Source: Roseateles sp. (GTDB lineage: Bacteria; Pseudomonadota; Gammaproteobacteria; Burkholderiales; Burkholderiaceae_C). From it: DNA of 64,000 bases. Below are positions 9,520-19,389 of the stretch, one piece after another. Position 1 is the stretch's first letter, and each line of letters begins with the position of its first letter. The stretch spans positions 61,835 through 125,834 of the forward strand of contig JBCNOF010000013.1 of the NCBI GenBank assembly GCA_039594005.1. The letters run 5' to 3'. The position numbers and the translations under genes are program-made. A model generated the notes under the pieces. The model made no database searches and was not told where the DNA came from. It was given only the letters and a program-made list of their open reading frames with translations.

Positions 9520-11240
9520 GAGGCCTGTCGTCTGAGCGCCGCGTCACGGATGCTGGCGAGCGTGGTCCGGCTCGTGGAGACGTCCACCGGCAGCTTCAGG
9601 TGGATCAAGGTGGGGCGCTGCGCGGCGATGGCCTCGCGCAACGCGGGCTCGACCTCCTCGGTGCGCGCCGCGCTGAAGGCCAGCCAGCCGTAGGCGCGGG
9701 CAAGCGCGGCGAAGTCCGGGTTGTGCAGGTCGCTGCCGCTGACGCGGCCGGGATACTCGCGCTCCTGATGCATGCGGATCGTGCCGTAGCTGCCGTTGTC
9801 CACGATCAGGCACAGCAGCCGACGCGCGCCATGGGCCATCGCGGTGGACATCTCCTGGCCGGTCATCAGGAAGTCGCCGTCGCCGGCGATGTTCACGACC
9901 CAGCGCTGCGACTGCAGCAGCGACGCGGCGACGGCGGCCGGGAAGCCGTACCCCATCGCGCCGCTGGTGGGCGCGAGCTGCGTCCGCCCGCCCTGGTGCA
10001 GCGCGGTGTAGCGGTGGAATCGATGCAGCCAGCCGCTGTAGTTGCCGGCGCCGTTGGTGAAGATGGACTCGGCGGGCAGCAGGCGGTCGAGCTGCTGCAT
10101 CACCGCCGCGAGGTCCATCGGTGAGACCGGCGCGGCCTGCTGATTGCGCTGGTAATCGGCATGCGCGTCGCGCGTCCAATCCAGCCAGGGCAGTTCCTGG
10201 ACACCGCCGGTCGGATGCATCTGCTGCAGCGCGAGCGCGGCGGCGCTCATGCTGGACTGGATCATCTGATCGGCGGCGTAGACCCGGCCGAGCTCCTCCG
10301 GCCCGGCGTGGATGTGCACGAGCTGCTGCGCGGGCCGCGGCGCCTGGAGCAGTGTGTAGCCGCCGGTGGTCATCTCGCCCAGTCGCGGGCCGATCGCCAG
10401 GATCAGGTCGGCCTCGGTGATGCGTTTGGCCAGCGCGGGGTTGATGCCGATGCCGACGTCGCCGGCGTACATCGGATCGCGGTTGTCGTAGAGGTCCTGG
10501 AAGCGGAAGGCGCAGCCCACGGGCAGGCGCCAGGCATGGGCGAAGTCCTGCAGCGCGGCGCAGGTCTCGGCGGTCCAGCCGCCGCCGCCCACGATGACGA
10601 AGGGGCGCTGGGCGGCTTCGAGCCGCGCCTGCAGTTCGAGCAGGTCCGCCGGCGCGGGCCAGGCCACGGCAGGCTTGGCGCGCGGCAGCACCGGCGCGTC
10701 GGTGAGCTGGGTCAGCATGTCCTCGGGCAGCACCAGCACGACGGGGCCCGGCCGGCCCTGCAGGGCGGTGTGGAAGGCGCGTGCGACGTACTCGGGCAGC
10801 CGGTGGGGGTCCTGGACCTCGCCGACCCATTTGGCCATGCCCAGGGTGCCCGGGCCGAACATCTGGCGGTAATCGACTTCCTGGAAGGCCTCGCGATCGC
10901 GCTGGTCGGAGGCCACCTGTCCGATGAACAGGATCATCGGCGTGGAGTCCTGGAAGGCGGTGTGCAGGCCGATGCTGGCGTTGGTGGCGCCGGGGCCGCG
11001 GGTGACGAAGCAGATGCCGGGGCGGCCGGTGAGCTTGCCCTGGGCCTCGGCCATGAAGGCGGCGCCGCCCTCCTGCCGGCATCCGATGAAACGGATGCGA
11101 TCGCGGTATTCGTGGAAACCGTCTAGCACCGCGAGGTAGGACTCGCCGGGCACGCCGAAGACGTCACGGACGCCTTGTTCGATCAGGGCCTCGACGAGGA
11201 CGTGACCCGCGGGGCGGGCAGCAATGCGTGGCTGGTCCAT
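9516..11240 (-). CDS. Thiamine pyrophosphate-dependent enzyme (acetolactate synthase-like)
   Basis: FGVPGESYL, RGPGATN, TPP motif GDGDF...DNGSYGTIR; 574 aa. Confidence 0.92.
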   Translation of the reverse strand: MDQPRIAARPAGHVLVEALIEQGVRDVFGVPGESYLAVLDGFHEYRDRIRFIGCRQEGGAAFMAEAQGKLTGRPGICFVTRGPGATNASIGLHTAFQDSTPMILFIGQVASDQRDREAFQEVDYRQMFGPGTLGMAKWVGEVQDPHRLPEYVARAFHTALQGRPGPVVLVLPEDMLTQLTDAPVLPRAKPAVAWPAPADLLELQARLEAAQRPFVIVGGGGWTAETCAALQDFAHAWRLPVGCAFRFQDLYDNRDPMYAGDVGIGINPALAKRITEADLILAIGPRLGEMTTGGYTLLQAPRPAQQLVHIHAGPEELGRVYAADQMIQSSMSAAALALQQMHPTGGVQELPWLDWTRDAHADYQRNQQAAPVSPMDLAAVMQQLDRLLPAESIFTNGAGNYSGWLHRFHRYTALHQGGRTQLAPTSGAMGYGFPAAVAASLLQSQRWVVNIAGDGDFLMTGQEMSTAMAHGARRLLCLIVDNGSYGTIRMHQEREYPGRVSGSDLHNPDFAALARAYGWLAFSAARTEEVEPALREAIAAQRPTLIHLKLPVDVSTSRTTLASIRDAALRRQAS

Positions 11241-11380
11241 GGCGGCTGACTGTAGCGAGCGCCCGGCTCAATGCAAGCCGGGGCGATGTCCCCTGTTGCG
11301 AGGAGGCCCTCAGATGGGTGGAGGGTCAGGACTTGCTCGACCTCACGGAAGGACTCGATACAGCATCCCGCTCAAGCGGG

Positions 11381-12643
11381 TCAGCGCTTCTTGCGCACCA
11401 GGCTCGCCGCCCCGATGCCCATCAGCAGCGCGAGCGACGCACCGAAGAACACCGCGTGGTTCCAGCCGCGGTCCATCAGCGCGCCGAAGACCGGCGCGGC
11501 CACCGCGAAGCCGGTGTCCAGCCCCGAGTACACCGTGCCATACACGCGCCCCGTCGCCCCCGGAGGCGCCGCGCGCTTGATCAACATGTCGCGCGACGGA
11601 CCCGCCAGGCCCGTGCCGAAACCCGCCGTCGCCGCGGCGATCAACGCCGCGGTCGCCGGCAGCCAGCCCGTCGCTGTCAGCGCCAGCAGAGCCGCGGCCG
11701 CGAACATCGCGCCGGCGATGTTGCGCTCCAGGTTCTGCGACCTCGCCACCAGGAACCCGCCGACGATCATCCCCGCCGCGCCCGCCAGCATGTAGCCCGT
11801 CACCACGAACGCGGTGCTCGCCAGGCTCACGCCGTACATCGCCGACAGCGCCGGCGATGCGAAGCTCTGGATCGCGCTCAGCGCCGAGGTCGTGAAGAAG
11901 AAGAACGAGAAGCACAGCCACACCGAGGGCAGCTTCAGGAACGCCATCGGATGCTCGTCGACGGGCGCCTTTGCCGCCCCGGCCTTCTCATGGCCCCACG
12001 AGCCCTGGGTGTCGTCGATCGCGTCGCGCTTGAACGCCAGCAGCCCGATCACGAACAGCGCCCAGACCGCCGTCGCGGCGTAACCCAGCCGCCATTGGCC
12101 GGTGGCTTCGTGCACCGAGATCAGCAGCACCGGCGCCAGCGCCCAGCCCAGGTTGCCCGTGATGCCGTGCACCGAGAACGCATGCCCCAAGCGCTGCTGC
12201 GACACCCGCTTGTTCAGGATCGTGAAGTCCACCGGGTGGAAGGGTGAGTTGCCCAGGCCCGCCAGCGCCGCGGCCAGCGCCAATCCGGTGAAGCCCTGCG
12301 CGGTGCCCGCCGCCAGCGACGCCAGGACGAAGCAGCTCAAGGCCACGAACAGCACCGGCCGCGCGCCGGTCTTGTCCACCAGGAAGCCCGACAGCGCCTG
12401 CCCCACCCCCGAGATCACGAAGAAGATCGTCACCAGCAGGCCCAGCTCCGAGTAGCTCAGCCCGAATTCCCGCATGAACACCGGGAACAGCGGCGGCAGC
12501 AGCATGTGAAAGAAGTGCGAGGTGCCGTGCGCCAGCCCGATCAGGCTGATGGTCTGGATGTCTTGCTTCCTGCTCTGCGCGGCGCTCTGTTCCGGGCTGA
12601 GCTCGAGGCCGTGCCCGTCGACGGTGGTGGTGGCGGTGTTCAT
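11381..12643 (-). CDS. MFS transporter (Fsr-like)
   Basis: About 12 hydrophobic segments; motif-A-like GFLVDKTGAR; FHPVDFTIL. Confidence 0.9.
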   Translation of the reverse strand: MNTATTTVDGHGLELSPEQSAAQSRKQDIQTISLIGLAHGTSHFFHMLLPPLFPVFMREFGLSYSELGLLVTIFFVISGVGQALSGFLVDKTGARPVLFVALSCFVLASLAAGTAQGFTGLALAAALAGLGNSPFHPVDFTILNKRVSQQRLGHAFSVHGITGNLGWALAPVLLISVHEATGQWRLGYAATAVWALFVIGLLAFKRDAIDDTQGSWGHEKAGAAKAPVDEHPMAFLKLPSVWLCFSFFFFTTSALSAIQSFASPALSAMYGVSLASTAFVVTGYMLAGAAGMIVGGFLVARSQNLERNIAGAMFAAAALLALTATGWLPATAALIAAATAGFGTGLAGPSRDMLIKRAAPPGATGRVYGTVYSGLDTGFAVAAPVFGALMDRGWNHAVFFGASLALLMGIGAASLVRKKR

Positions 12644-12712
12644 GGGCGGAATGGTGACAGGGCCTTCACGTCGCAATTACGATAGCCGGACAAGTTCTGT
12701 CGAATTTCCGCC

Positions 12713-13516
12713 ATGAGCACTTCCCGCACCAGCCTGCCGCCCCTGGACCCGCGCCGTTACGCGCCGAGCGCTGATCGACCGGTGCGCGCGAAGTCGCGCA
12801 GCCTGGACGGCCACATGGACATCCAGGCCCATTTCCACGCTTGGGGCCAGTTCGTCTTCTCGGTGACCGGCGTGGTGCGCGTGAGCACCGATCGCGCCAC
12901 CTTCCTCGTGCCGCCGTCGCGCGGCGTGTGGATCCCGGCGGGCATCGTCCACGCGGTCACCGCCGTGGAGCGCTGCGAGCTGCGCACGCTGTACCTGCTC
13001 TCGCCGCCCGCGGCCGACGCGGTCTGGGACGAGAACCGTGTGCTGGAGGTCTCGCCGCTGCTGCGCGAGCTGGCGGTGCAGCTCGCGCGCGAGGAGGTCG
13101 AGCCGGGCGACCGCGTCGACGACCGCGAGACCTGGCTCGGCCAGCTGATCCTGGATGAGCTCCGGCGCGCGCCGACGCTGCAGCTGGGCGTGGCGCTGCC
13201 CACCGACAAGCGGCTGCGCCGGCTGTGCGAGGCGGTGCTGGCCGAGCCGATGCGTCATGCCAGCCTGGACGACTGGGCGGCGGAGGTCGGCGCCAGCGCG
13301 CGCACCGTGTCGCGGCTGTTCCGGCTGGAGCTCGGGAGCAGCTACGCGCAATGGCGCCAGCAGGCGCTGCTGGCCGAGGCGCTGCGCCTGGCCGCCCATC
13401 GCAAGCCGATGCAGGTCATCGCCGCCGAGCTGGGATACGCCAGCGCCAGCGCCTTCACCGCGATGGTCACGCGGACGGTCGGCATGCCGCCGAGCCGGTT
13501 TTTCGGTCAGACCTAG
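12713..13516 (+). CDS. AraC-family transcriptional regulator, divergent from MFS
   Basis: Cupin N-terminus (HFHAWGQF) and C-terminal HTH ([12 protein letters not shown]). Confidence 0.92.
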   Translation: MSTSRTSLPPLDPRRYAPSADRPVRAKSRSLDGHMDIQAHFHAWGQFVFSVTGVVRVSTDRATFLVPPSRGVWIPAGIVHAVTAVERCELRTLYLLSPPAADAVWDENRVLEVSPLLRELAVQLAREEVEPGDRVDDRETWLGQLILDELRRAPTLQLGVALPTDKRLRRLCEAVLAEPMRHASLDDWAAEVGASARTVSRLFRLELGSSYAQWRQQALLAEALRLAAHRKPMQVIAAELGYASASAFTAMVTRTVGMPPSRFFGQT

Positions 13517-13527
13517 AATCGCGCCCC

Positions 13528-14643
13528 ATGGATCAGGTTCTGTACGACTTCGACCGCCAGGACGCGGAAGGCGCCACCTGCACCGCCCACGCGTGGGCCA
13601 AGGTGCCGGCACCGCTGACGCCCAGCCAGCGCCAGCAACTCAAGACCCGCGCCGCCGAGCTGCTCAAGGCCAAGGGGGCCGTGCTCGTGGCGCATTACTA
13701 CGTGGACGGCGACCTGCAGGACCTCGCGCAGGAAACCGGCGGCATCGTCTCCGACTCGCTGGAAATGGCGCGCTTCGGCCGCGATCACGCCGCGCGGACG
13801 CTGGTCGTCGCCGGCGTGCGCTTCATGGGCGAGAGCGCCAAGATCCTCAGCCCCGAGAAACGCGTGCTGATGCCCGACCTGGACGCGACCTGCTCGCTGG
13901 ACCTGGGCTGCCCGGCCGACGAGTTCGCCGCGTTCTGCGACGCGCATCCGGACCGCACGGTCGTCGTCTACGCCAACACCAGCGCCGCGGTGAAGGCCCG
14001 CGCGGACTGGATGGTCACGAGCTCCTGCGCGCTGGAGATCGTCAGCGAGCTCAAGGCGCGCGGCGAGAAGATCCTGTGGGCGCCCGACCGCCACCTGGGC
14101 CGCTACATCCAGGACCAGACCGGCGCCGACATGCTGATGTGGAACGGCGCGTGCATCGTGCACGACGAGTTCAAGGGCCTGGAGCTCGAGCTGCTGCGCG
14201 AGCAGCATCCCGACGCGATGATCCTCGTGCACCCCGAGTCGCCGGCCGCCGTCGTGGCGCAGGCGGACGTGGTGGGATCGACCTCGGCGCTGATCAAGGC
14301 GGTCGTCGAGGGCAAGGCGCGGGAGTATGTCGTCGCCACCGACAAGGGCATCCTGCATGCGATGCGCCAGCTCGCGCCGGGCAAGGTGCTGATCGAGGCC
14401 CCGACCGCCGGCAACAGCGCCACCTGCAAGAGCTGCGCGCATTGCCCGTGGATGGCGATGAACGGGCTGCAGGGCATCGTGGACTGCCTGGAGCGCGGCA
14501 CCGGCGAGATCTTCGTCGAGGAGCCGATCCGCACCCAGGCACTGGGCTGCATCGACCGGATGCTGGATTTCACGGCGCAGCTCAAGGCGAGGAAGGCGGC
14601 GCAGGCCGCCGGCGGCTTGGTCCCCGGGATCGGGGCCGCCTGA
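13528..14643 (+). CDS. nadA: Quinolinate synthase A
   Basis: [48 protein letters not shown]. Confidence 0.97.
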   Translation: MDQVLYDFDRQDAEGATCTAHAWAKVPAPLTPSQRQQLKTRAAELLKAKGAVLVAHYYVDGDLQDLAQETGGIVSDSLEMARFGRDHAARTLVVAGVRFMGESAKILSPEKRVLMPDLDATCSLDLGCPADEFAAFCDAHPDRTVVVYANTSAAVKARADWMVTSSCALEIVSELKARGEKILWAPDRHLGRYIQDQTGADMLMWNGACIVHDEFKGLELELLREQHPDAMILVHPESPAAVVAQADVVGSTSALIKAVVEGKAREYVVATDKGILHAMRQLAPGKVLIEAPTAGNSATCKSCAHCPWMAMNGLQGIVDCLERGTGEIFVEEPIRTQALGCIDRMLDFTAQLKARKAAQAAGGLVPGIGAA

Positions 14644-14738
14644 CCGTACCCGCCTCCCCCGCGTGAACGAGGGTTTCCATCCGCAGGGCGACAGGCCTAT
14701 GCTGTGCCCATCCCGACTGCCCGAGGCAGGACACGCGC

Positions 14739-15026
14739 ATGGACTTCACCTCGCTCTACAACCATCACGAACGCGAAGTGTTTGCCGCGGTGATGGACAA
14801 CGCGCCGCAGTTCCCCGACATCGAACGCCAGCCGGAGCTGCTCGCCGACGTGGCCTGCGTGGCGCTCAACCGGCTGCCGCCGCGCTACATCCGCCACGCG
14901 GTCGATTACTCGTTCTACCTGACCGAGCAGGAACGGCACGACGTCGACGCCGCGATCAAGGAAGCCGTCGGCTACGCCTTCAACTTCGTCCAGGCGCGCA
15001 GCGTGCTGAGGACCAAGCCGCGCTGA
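14739..15026 (+). CDS. ComFB-family protein
   Basis: YNHHEREV...LADVACVALNRLPPRYIRH matches the ComFB pattern; 95 aa. Confidence 0.8.
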   Translation: MDFTSLYNHHEREVFAAVMDNAPQFPDIERQPELLADVACVALNRLPPRYIRHAVDYSFYLTEQERHDVDAAIKEAVGYAFNFVQARSVLRTKPR

Positions 15027-15041
15027 GCGCCTGAAGCGGCC

Positions 15042-16673
15042 TCAGCGGCTCCCGCCGCGCGTATTGCCGTTGCGCACCAGCACCGTCGGCAGGCTCGCCG
15101 GCAGCGTGCGCGGATAGTCGCGGCTGTAATGCAGGCCGCGGCTCTCGTGGCGCAGCAGCGCCGAGCGCACGATCAGCTCGGCGCAGTCCACCAGGTTGCG
15201 CAGTTCCAGCAGGTCGCGGCTGACGCGGAAGTTGGCGTAGTAGTCGTCGATCTCCGCGCGCAGCAGGTCGATGCGGTGCAAGGCCCGCTCGAGCCGCTTG
15301 GTCGTGCGCACGATGCCGACGTAGTTCCACATCAGCAGCCGCAGCTCGTCCCAGTTGTGGGCGATCACGACCTGCTCGTCGGCGTCCTCGACCTGGCTCT
15401 CGTCCCAGGCCGGCAGCGGCGCGGGTTCGGGGTCGGGCTGGTCGAGGATGTCCCCGGCGCAACCCCGGCCCAGCACGACGCACTCCAGCAGCGAGTTGCT
15501 CGCCAGCCGGTTGGCGCCGTGCAGGCCGGTGTGCGCGGTCTCGCCGATCGCGTACAGGCCGGGCAGGTCCGCGCGGCCCTGCAGGTCGGACACGACGCCT
15601 CCGCAGGTGAAGTGCACCGCCGGCACGACCGGAATCGGCTGGCGGGCGATGTCGATGCCCAGCGCCAGGCAGCGCGCATGGATCGTCGGGAAGTGTTCCT
15701 TGAGGAAGGCCTCGCCCAGGTGCGTGGCATCCAGCCACACGTGGTCCAGGCCGTGCTTCTTCATCTCGAAGTCGATCGCGCGGGCGACCACGTCCCGCGG
15801 CGCGAGTTCCAGCCGCTCGTCGTGCGCGGCCATGAAGCGCGTGCCGTCGGGCAGCTTGAGATGACCGCCCTCCCCGCGCAGCGCCTCGGTGATGAGGAAG
15901 CTGCGTTCCTGCGGGTGGTACAGGCAGGTCGGATGGAACTGGATGAACTCCATGTTGGCGATGCGGCAGCCCGCGCGCCAGGCCATCGCGATGCCGTCGC
16001 CGGTGGAGGTATCCGGGTTGGTCGTGTAGCGGTAGACCTTGCCCGCGCCGCCGGTGGCCATGACCACGGCGCGCGCGGCGATCGCGTCGACGCGCTGCGC
16101 GTCCATGTCCAGCGCGTAGATGCCGTAGCAGCGCGAGGGCTCCTCCCGCTGCACATGGCGCGACGTGATCAGGTCCAGCGCCATCCAGCGCTGGCGCAGC
16201 TCGATGTTGGGATGCGCATGGGCCTTGGCCAGCAGCGCGTCGTGGATGGCCTTGCCGGTAGCATCGGCCGCATGCGCGATGCGGCGCACCGCATGGCCGC
16301 CCTCGCGCGTGAGATGCAGCCCGAGCGGCCCCTGCTCGTCAGGCGTGAACGGCACGCCCTGCGCGACCAGCCAGCCCACCGCGTCGGCGCTGCGTTCGGC
16401 GATGTAGCGGGCGGTGGCCTCGTCGACGAGGCCGGCGCCCGCCTCCTGCGTGTCGCGCACGTGGCTCTCGATGCTGTCGTCGGAGCCCAGCACGCCCACG
16501 ATGCCGCCCTGCGCCCAGGCGGTGGCGGCCTCGCCGAGCTCGCGTTTGGCCAGCACGATCACCGGGACCCGGTCGGCCAGGTGCAGCGCCACGGTCAATC
16601 CGGCCAGGCCGGCACCCACGATCACCACCGGCGCCTGCGCGGCACCGGACGGAACAGCAGCTGTCATCGTCAT
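15042..16673 (-). CDS. nadB: L-aspartate oxidase
   Basis: GAGLAG FAD motif, AQGGI, REGGH, FIQFHPT, LHGANRLASNSLLE. Confidence 0.97.
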   Translation of the reverse strand: MTMTAAVPSGAAQAPVVIVGAGLAGLTVALHLADRVPVIVLAKRELGEAATAWAQGGIVGVLGSDDSIESHVRDTQEAGAGLVDEATARYIAERSADAVGWLVAQGVPFTPDEQGPLGLHLTREGGHAVRRIAHAADATGKAIHDALLAKAHAHPNIELRQRWMALDLITSRHVQREEPSRCYGIYALDMDAQRVDAIAARAVVMATGGAGKVYRYTTNPDTSTGDGIAMAWRAGCRIANMEFIQFHPTCLYHPQERSFLITEALRGEGGHLKLPDGTRFMAAHDERLELAPRDVVARAIDFEMKKHGLDHVWLDATHLGEAFLKEHFPTIHARCLALGIDIARQPIPVVPAVHFTCGGVVSDLQGRADLPGLYAIGETAHTGLHGANRLASNSLLECVVLGRGCAGDILDQPDPEPAPLPAWDESQVEDADEQVVIAHNWDELRLLMWNYVGIVRTTKRLERALHRIDLLRAEIDDYYANFRVSRDLLELRNLVDCAELIVRSALLRHESRGLHYSRDYPRTLPASLPTVLVRNGNTRGGSR

Positions 16674-16742
16674 CGCCCGGTCAAACGGGCGTCATCGCTT
16701 GGGAGTCGGCGATTCTACGAGGGGCTCCGTGCCCTCACACGA

Positions 16743-16784
16743 GCCCTCACCCCAACCCCTCTCCCGCTGCGCGGGCGAGGGGCT
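16743..16784 (+). repeat. REP-like palindromic element (CCCTCTCCC...GGGAGAGGG family), copy 1
   Basis: GCCCTCACCCCAA followed by hairpin CCCCTCTCCCGC-TGC-GCGGGCGAGGGG; similar to 21904-21942. Confidence 0.7.
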
Positions 16785-16829
16785 CCGGAGAGCTTGAGAG
16801 GGTCATTGAGGGCTCTTGAGGGCTTGGGG

Positions 16830-17189
16830 CTATTGAGCAAGCGCTCGCAGATCCGCGATCAGCTGGTCCTGATCATTGGCCTTGTCGTAGAAGCCGTCCG
16901 CGCCGTGCTTCTCGCACAGCGAGCGGTAGAAGTCGGGATCGCGGCTGCTGAGCACCCACAGCTTGCCGGTGTAGCCCCCCGCCCGCGCGCGGCTCAGCAC
17001 ATGCATGCCGGAGCCCACCTGCAGGTTGAGATCGAGCAGCACCACGTCGGGCTTGAGCACCGCGACGGCCTGCACCGCGTCCTCCTCGCTGTCCGCGTAG
17101 CCGACGACCTCCACGAACTCCAGGCCCTCGAACAGCCGCAGGAACTGCGTGCGCACGAACTCGGAATCCTCGACGAGCAGAACCCGCAT
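16830..17189 (-). CDS. Stand-alone response regulator receiver domain
   Basis: LLVEDS, PDVVLLD (phospho-Asp), FYDK; 119 aa with no output domain. Confidence 0.9.
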   Translation of the reverse strand: MRVLLVEDSEFVRTQFLRLFEGLEFVEVVGYADSEEDAVQAVAVLKPDVVLLDLNLQVGSGMHVLSRARAGGYTGKLWVLSSRDPDFYRSLCEKHGADGFYDKANDQDQLIADLRALAQ

Positions 17190-17317
17190 CCTCCAACCCT
17201 TCCTCTTGCAAACACCTGCGCCGCATTCTGGCGCGACGGTGATTCACGCGAGGACGTCAGGGACGTCGACTTCGCAACCGGGCGTATCCGTTGTCTGCTC
17301 GCCCGTGCGATCCGCGC

Positions 17318-17545
17318 TCAGACCAGCGTCGCCAGCGCCGTGCAGACCCCGCCCAGCCCGGCGGCCGAGGCCAGGAAGGTCACGTCGCGCCGCTCGTTGC
17401 CGCCCTTCCAGGCCATCAGCGCGACGATGCCCAGCGTGCCCGTGAAGAGCAGGCCGGCGATGACGGGGGTGGTGAGCAGATCCAAGGTCGTTCCCAGGCG
17501 GTTGGCGAAAGCCCGCAGTGTGGGCGGCCGCCGCGCGCCGCTCAA
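17318..17545 (-). CDS. Small hypothetical membrane protein
   Basis: 75 aa with two hydrophobic segments; TTG start uncertain. Confidence 0.45.
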   Translation of the reverse strand: MSGARRPPTLRAFANRLGTTLDLLTTPVIAGLLFTGTLGIVALMAWKGGNERRDVTFLASAAGLGGVCTALATLV

Positions 17546-17629
17546 GGTCGAGATTCCAGGCGCGGCATTCGGTCGGAACGACGTGAGCGCGCCGGACTCG
17601 CAGGTTTTATCGAGCGCGGACGCAGCGCC

Positions 17630-18688
17630 TCACTGCTTGTCCAGGCGCAGCGTCCATTGCGACTCCAGGTCGACGCCCTGGAGCGCGGCGCTCAACGGCC
17701 GGTTGCTCGCCGGCGCTTGCCGCCGGGCGCGGCCCACCAGCGACTTGCCATCCGCCGAGGCGTTCAGCGCCAGGCGCGAGCCACCGGCCAGCGCCACATG
17801 CAGGACGCCGTCGTCGACGGTCCAGGTCCCGCTGTCGGTGCTGGAGGCCGTGCTGTAGACCACCAGCCCGCCCGGTTGCAGCCACAGCCGCGTGCCGGTG
17901 GCGGTGCCCCAGCGCGTACCCTCCGTGGCGACGAGCGCGGTGCGTGGCGAGCCGGCCATGCGCACGAACTCGCCATCCTGCGGCCAGCGCAGGCGTTGCG
18001 TCGGGATCATGAAGCTCCACCGGCCCGCGGACGCCGTCGCGCCGGCCACCGCGCCGGCGGGCTGGATCTCGCTGCGCGAGCTCATCGTGATCGACTTGAG
18101 CCCCGGATCCTTGATCACCGCGTGGAAGCCGCTCTCGTCGTAATTGCCGGCCTTCACCGTCTTCATGCTGACCGACATCGCGCCGACGAAGCCCTGCTCG
18201 GCCTTGAACTCGAAGACCTCCGCGTTGCCGTTGGCGTAGACGACAAGGCCGCGCGCCAGGCCGTTGCGCGCGACCTGCTCCAGCAGATTGCGCATCCAGC
18301 CCTGGCTGGCCGCGGGATCCACGCCGGTCAGGTGCACGATGGCGGCCAGCCCCTCGACCGGCCATTCCGGATACCGCGCCAGGCTCAGCGGCACGCAGGC
18401 CCACTGGCCCCGCGCGAGCAGCGCGTTGGCGGGGTCCTTCACCGCGCCGAACTGGCGCGCCTTGTCGGCATCGGGGGACGCGCGCAGCGTGCTCAGGAAG
18501 GCCTGCGCCTCGGCGATCGGGCGGCCGGTGCATCGCGCCAGGCCTTCCGCCGCATCGGGCGCGTCCACCGCGCGCAGCTCGTAGCGGTCGGCGACCATCT
18601 CCTGAGCCCGCAGCGCGCCGGCGCCCATGCCCAGCGCCAACGCTGCCGCCCCCGCGACCAGCGGGAATCCTGAACGGCGCGCGCTCAT
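17630..18688 (-). CDS. Hypothetical exported protein
   Basis: 352 aa from ATG 18688 with signal peptide (..GAGALRA-Q). Start overlaps the upstream stop (ATGA). Beta-rich C-terminus. Confidence 0.7.
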   Translation of the reverse strand: MSARRSGFPLVAGAAALALGMGAGALRAQEMVADRYELRAVDAPDAAEGLARCTGRPIAEAQAFLSTLRASPDADKARQFGAVKDPANALLARGQWACVPLSLARYPEWPVEGLAAIVHLTGVDPAASQGWMRNLLEQVARNGLARGLVVYANGNAEVFEFKAEQGFVGAMSVSMKTVKAGNYDESGFHAVIKDPGLKSITMSSRSEIQPAGAVAGATASAGRWSFMIPTQRLRWPQDGEFVRMAGSPRTALVATEGTRWGTATGTRLWLQPGGLVVYSTASSTDSGTWTVDDGVLHVALAGGSRLALNASADGKSLVGRARRQAPASNRPLSAALQGVDLESQWTLRLDKQ

Positions 18689-19287
18689 GCCAGCAGCCCC
18701 GCCTGCCTGAAGGTGCTGACCATCGCCTCGGCGAAGTTGCGCACGAAGCCCTCGTCGGGATCGGGCACGCCGAAACCCTTCCAGTGCCAAGCGCTGTTGC
18801 TGTCGATGTCCACCGTGTAGAGCAGCAGGCGATTGGCGTCGAGGATGGACGCGCGCATCGTCATGCCGCAGGTGCCGCCGGCGTGGTTGAAATGGCCGCG
18901 CAGCGGCAGCAGCGCGATCGTGTGCGTGGGTCCGAAACGCACGCCCGCGCCCAGCAGCCGGTCGGTGGACATCGTCACCGTGTTGGCGCGGTACAGCGCC
19001 ATCAGCTTGTCCATGTAGGCCTTGGCCTTCTCGCCTTCGACCTTGCTCATGGAGGTGTCCACGGCGTACTTGGGGCGCTCGTAGGACACGCGGTAGGTGA
19101 AGCCGGGGTTCTCCTGCCAGCGCACCTGCACGGTGTCGAGCTTGAAGCCGGCCGGTTTGACCGCAGCCGGATGGCCGATGAAGGAGCCGCTGGGCGCGGC
19201 GGAGGCGCATCCGCCCAGTTGCGTGAGGGCGGCGGCCGCGGGCACGGCGGCGAACGCCGCGAGCAGGCGGCGACGAGCGAAGGTCAT
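18685..19287 (-). CDS. Hypothetical Tat-type lipoprotein
   Basis: MTFARRRLLAAF twin-Arg signal followed by LGGC lipobox; 200 aa. Confidence 0.7.
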   Translation of the reverse strand: MTFARRRLLAAFAAVPAAAALTQLGGCASAAPSGSFIGHPAAVKPAGFKLDTVQVRWQENPGFTYRVSYERPKYAVDTSMSKVEGEKAKAYMDKLMALYRANTVTMSTDRLLGAGVRFGPTHTIALLPLRGHFNHAGGTCGMTMRASILDANRLLLYTVDIDSNSAWHWKGFGVPDPDEGFVRNFAEAMVSTFRQAGLLA

Positions 19288-19389
19288 GAGGTCCCTGTGG
19301 AAGCGAGTTGTCGTTGTGCGCGGCACCTTAGCGAAGCGCCCGTCAACACGCCGTCAACACCTCATCAACACACCGCCTTCATGTCGTCC

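Noticed and set aside
16794-16830. Short TTGAGGG repeats
   Set aside because: Degenerate, only three units, no evident function.
15129-17858. 909-aa plus-strand ORF and similar long antisense ORFs (e.g. 18784..20856, 55404..57863)
   Set aside because: Antisense shadows of well-supported genes, with no recognisable domains.
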